A stretch of DNA of 64,000 nt from Calcarisporiella thermophila CBS 279.70 (lineage: Eukaryota; Fungi; Calcarisporiellomycota). The DNA lies in NCBI RefSeq assembly GCF_041956535.1, contig NW_027192207.1, positions 400,757 to 464,756 of the forward strand, given 5' to 3'. Under the pieces are notes generated by a model. It was not told the origin of the DNA, ran no database searches, and saw nothing but the letters and a program-made list of their open reading frames with translations. Positions 63,544 to 64,000 of the stretch are shown here, one piece after another (position 1 is the first letter of the stretch; every line of letters begins with the position of its first letter). The position numbers were made by a program, and so were the translations under genes.

Positions 63544-64000
63544 TCGATCACTAAGTGATGCAGGAGAAATGATAAATGGTGTGAATATAGAAAACAGATG
63601 CGAATTCAATAGCTTAAAGAGGGTTCCGTAAAGGGGAAGGGGAGAAAGGAAAGTTGGAGGGAGAAAGAACAATAATTTATCAATGAATTAATCCAGATTG
63701 ACAGCAGCATCTACCAGAGACGCAATAAAAAGAACCAAAGATGCGCTCAGAGCATTCAATGTTCAGAGAGAAAGGAGCGAGATTATATCAGAGAGAAAGG
63801 AGAGATAGAGAAGAAAGGCTGGAAAACAAAAGATAGAGCGGGTAGCGCTGCTTACAAAATTAATAGGTGTCACGTAGCACACATCAATAATTCTCAGGAG
63901 GAGGCTTATATCACGGGCCTAAATTGTTACATATGTTACTTTCAGATCTTCTTAATCTCTGTCTACGTAGCTACGTCATCATTTATTGGATATATGGGAG

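Noticed and set aside
1-64000. tRNA, rRNA, CRISPR arrays, secondary-metabolite cluster
   Set aside because: None recognised; the gene content is eukaryotic housekeeping and signalling.

Overview
Gene-dense, intron-rich eukaryotic DNA, most consistent with an early-diverging fungus (short GT-AG introns with CTAAC-type branch points, APSES factor, fungal-type G-gamma, but also PDRG1, which budding yeast lacks). About 25 protein genes were traced by hand across splice sites: UFD4-type HECT ligase (3' part), GT61-like protein, two tandem SDRs, cation-chloride cotransporter, mitochondrial SerRS, GH3 beta-glucosidase, ricin-B lectin, RAD3/XPD, G-protein gamma, GPD1, Rab5, MnSOD, DDB1, ZIP7, TM9SF/EMP70, DNA2, USP, a large DH-domain RhoGEF, a GPI-type surface protein, Xbp1-like APSES factor, PDRG1, PDK1, a double-BTB protein, an alpha-arrestin and an orphan membrane protein. 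The ORF track misses G-gamma, PDRG1 and most of the lectin. The most striking hidden element is a non-coding, two-intron snoRNA host gene at about 22.06-22.63 kb on the minus strand. It has a TATA box, a pyrimidine-rich start and a Met-Ser-stop micro-ORF, and carries two intronic C/D snoRNAs: an snR70/U43 homolog and an apparently chimeric RNA combining a U24-type 25S guide with an snR41-type 18S guide. Other notable items are a Rab5 terminal intron that decides between CAC* and CAW* C-termini, a PH-less RhoGEF with tandem IAxRIAxFE repeats, a lectin with a prion-like tail, a Tc1 relic, recurrent Homol-D-like promoter motifs, and GC-rich ends flanking an AT-rich centre. All assignments come from reading the sequence and recalled family knowledge; no searches were run.
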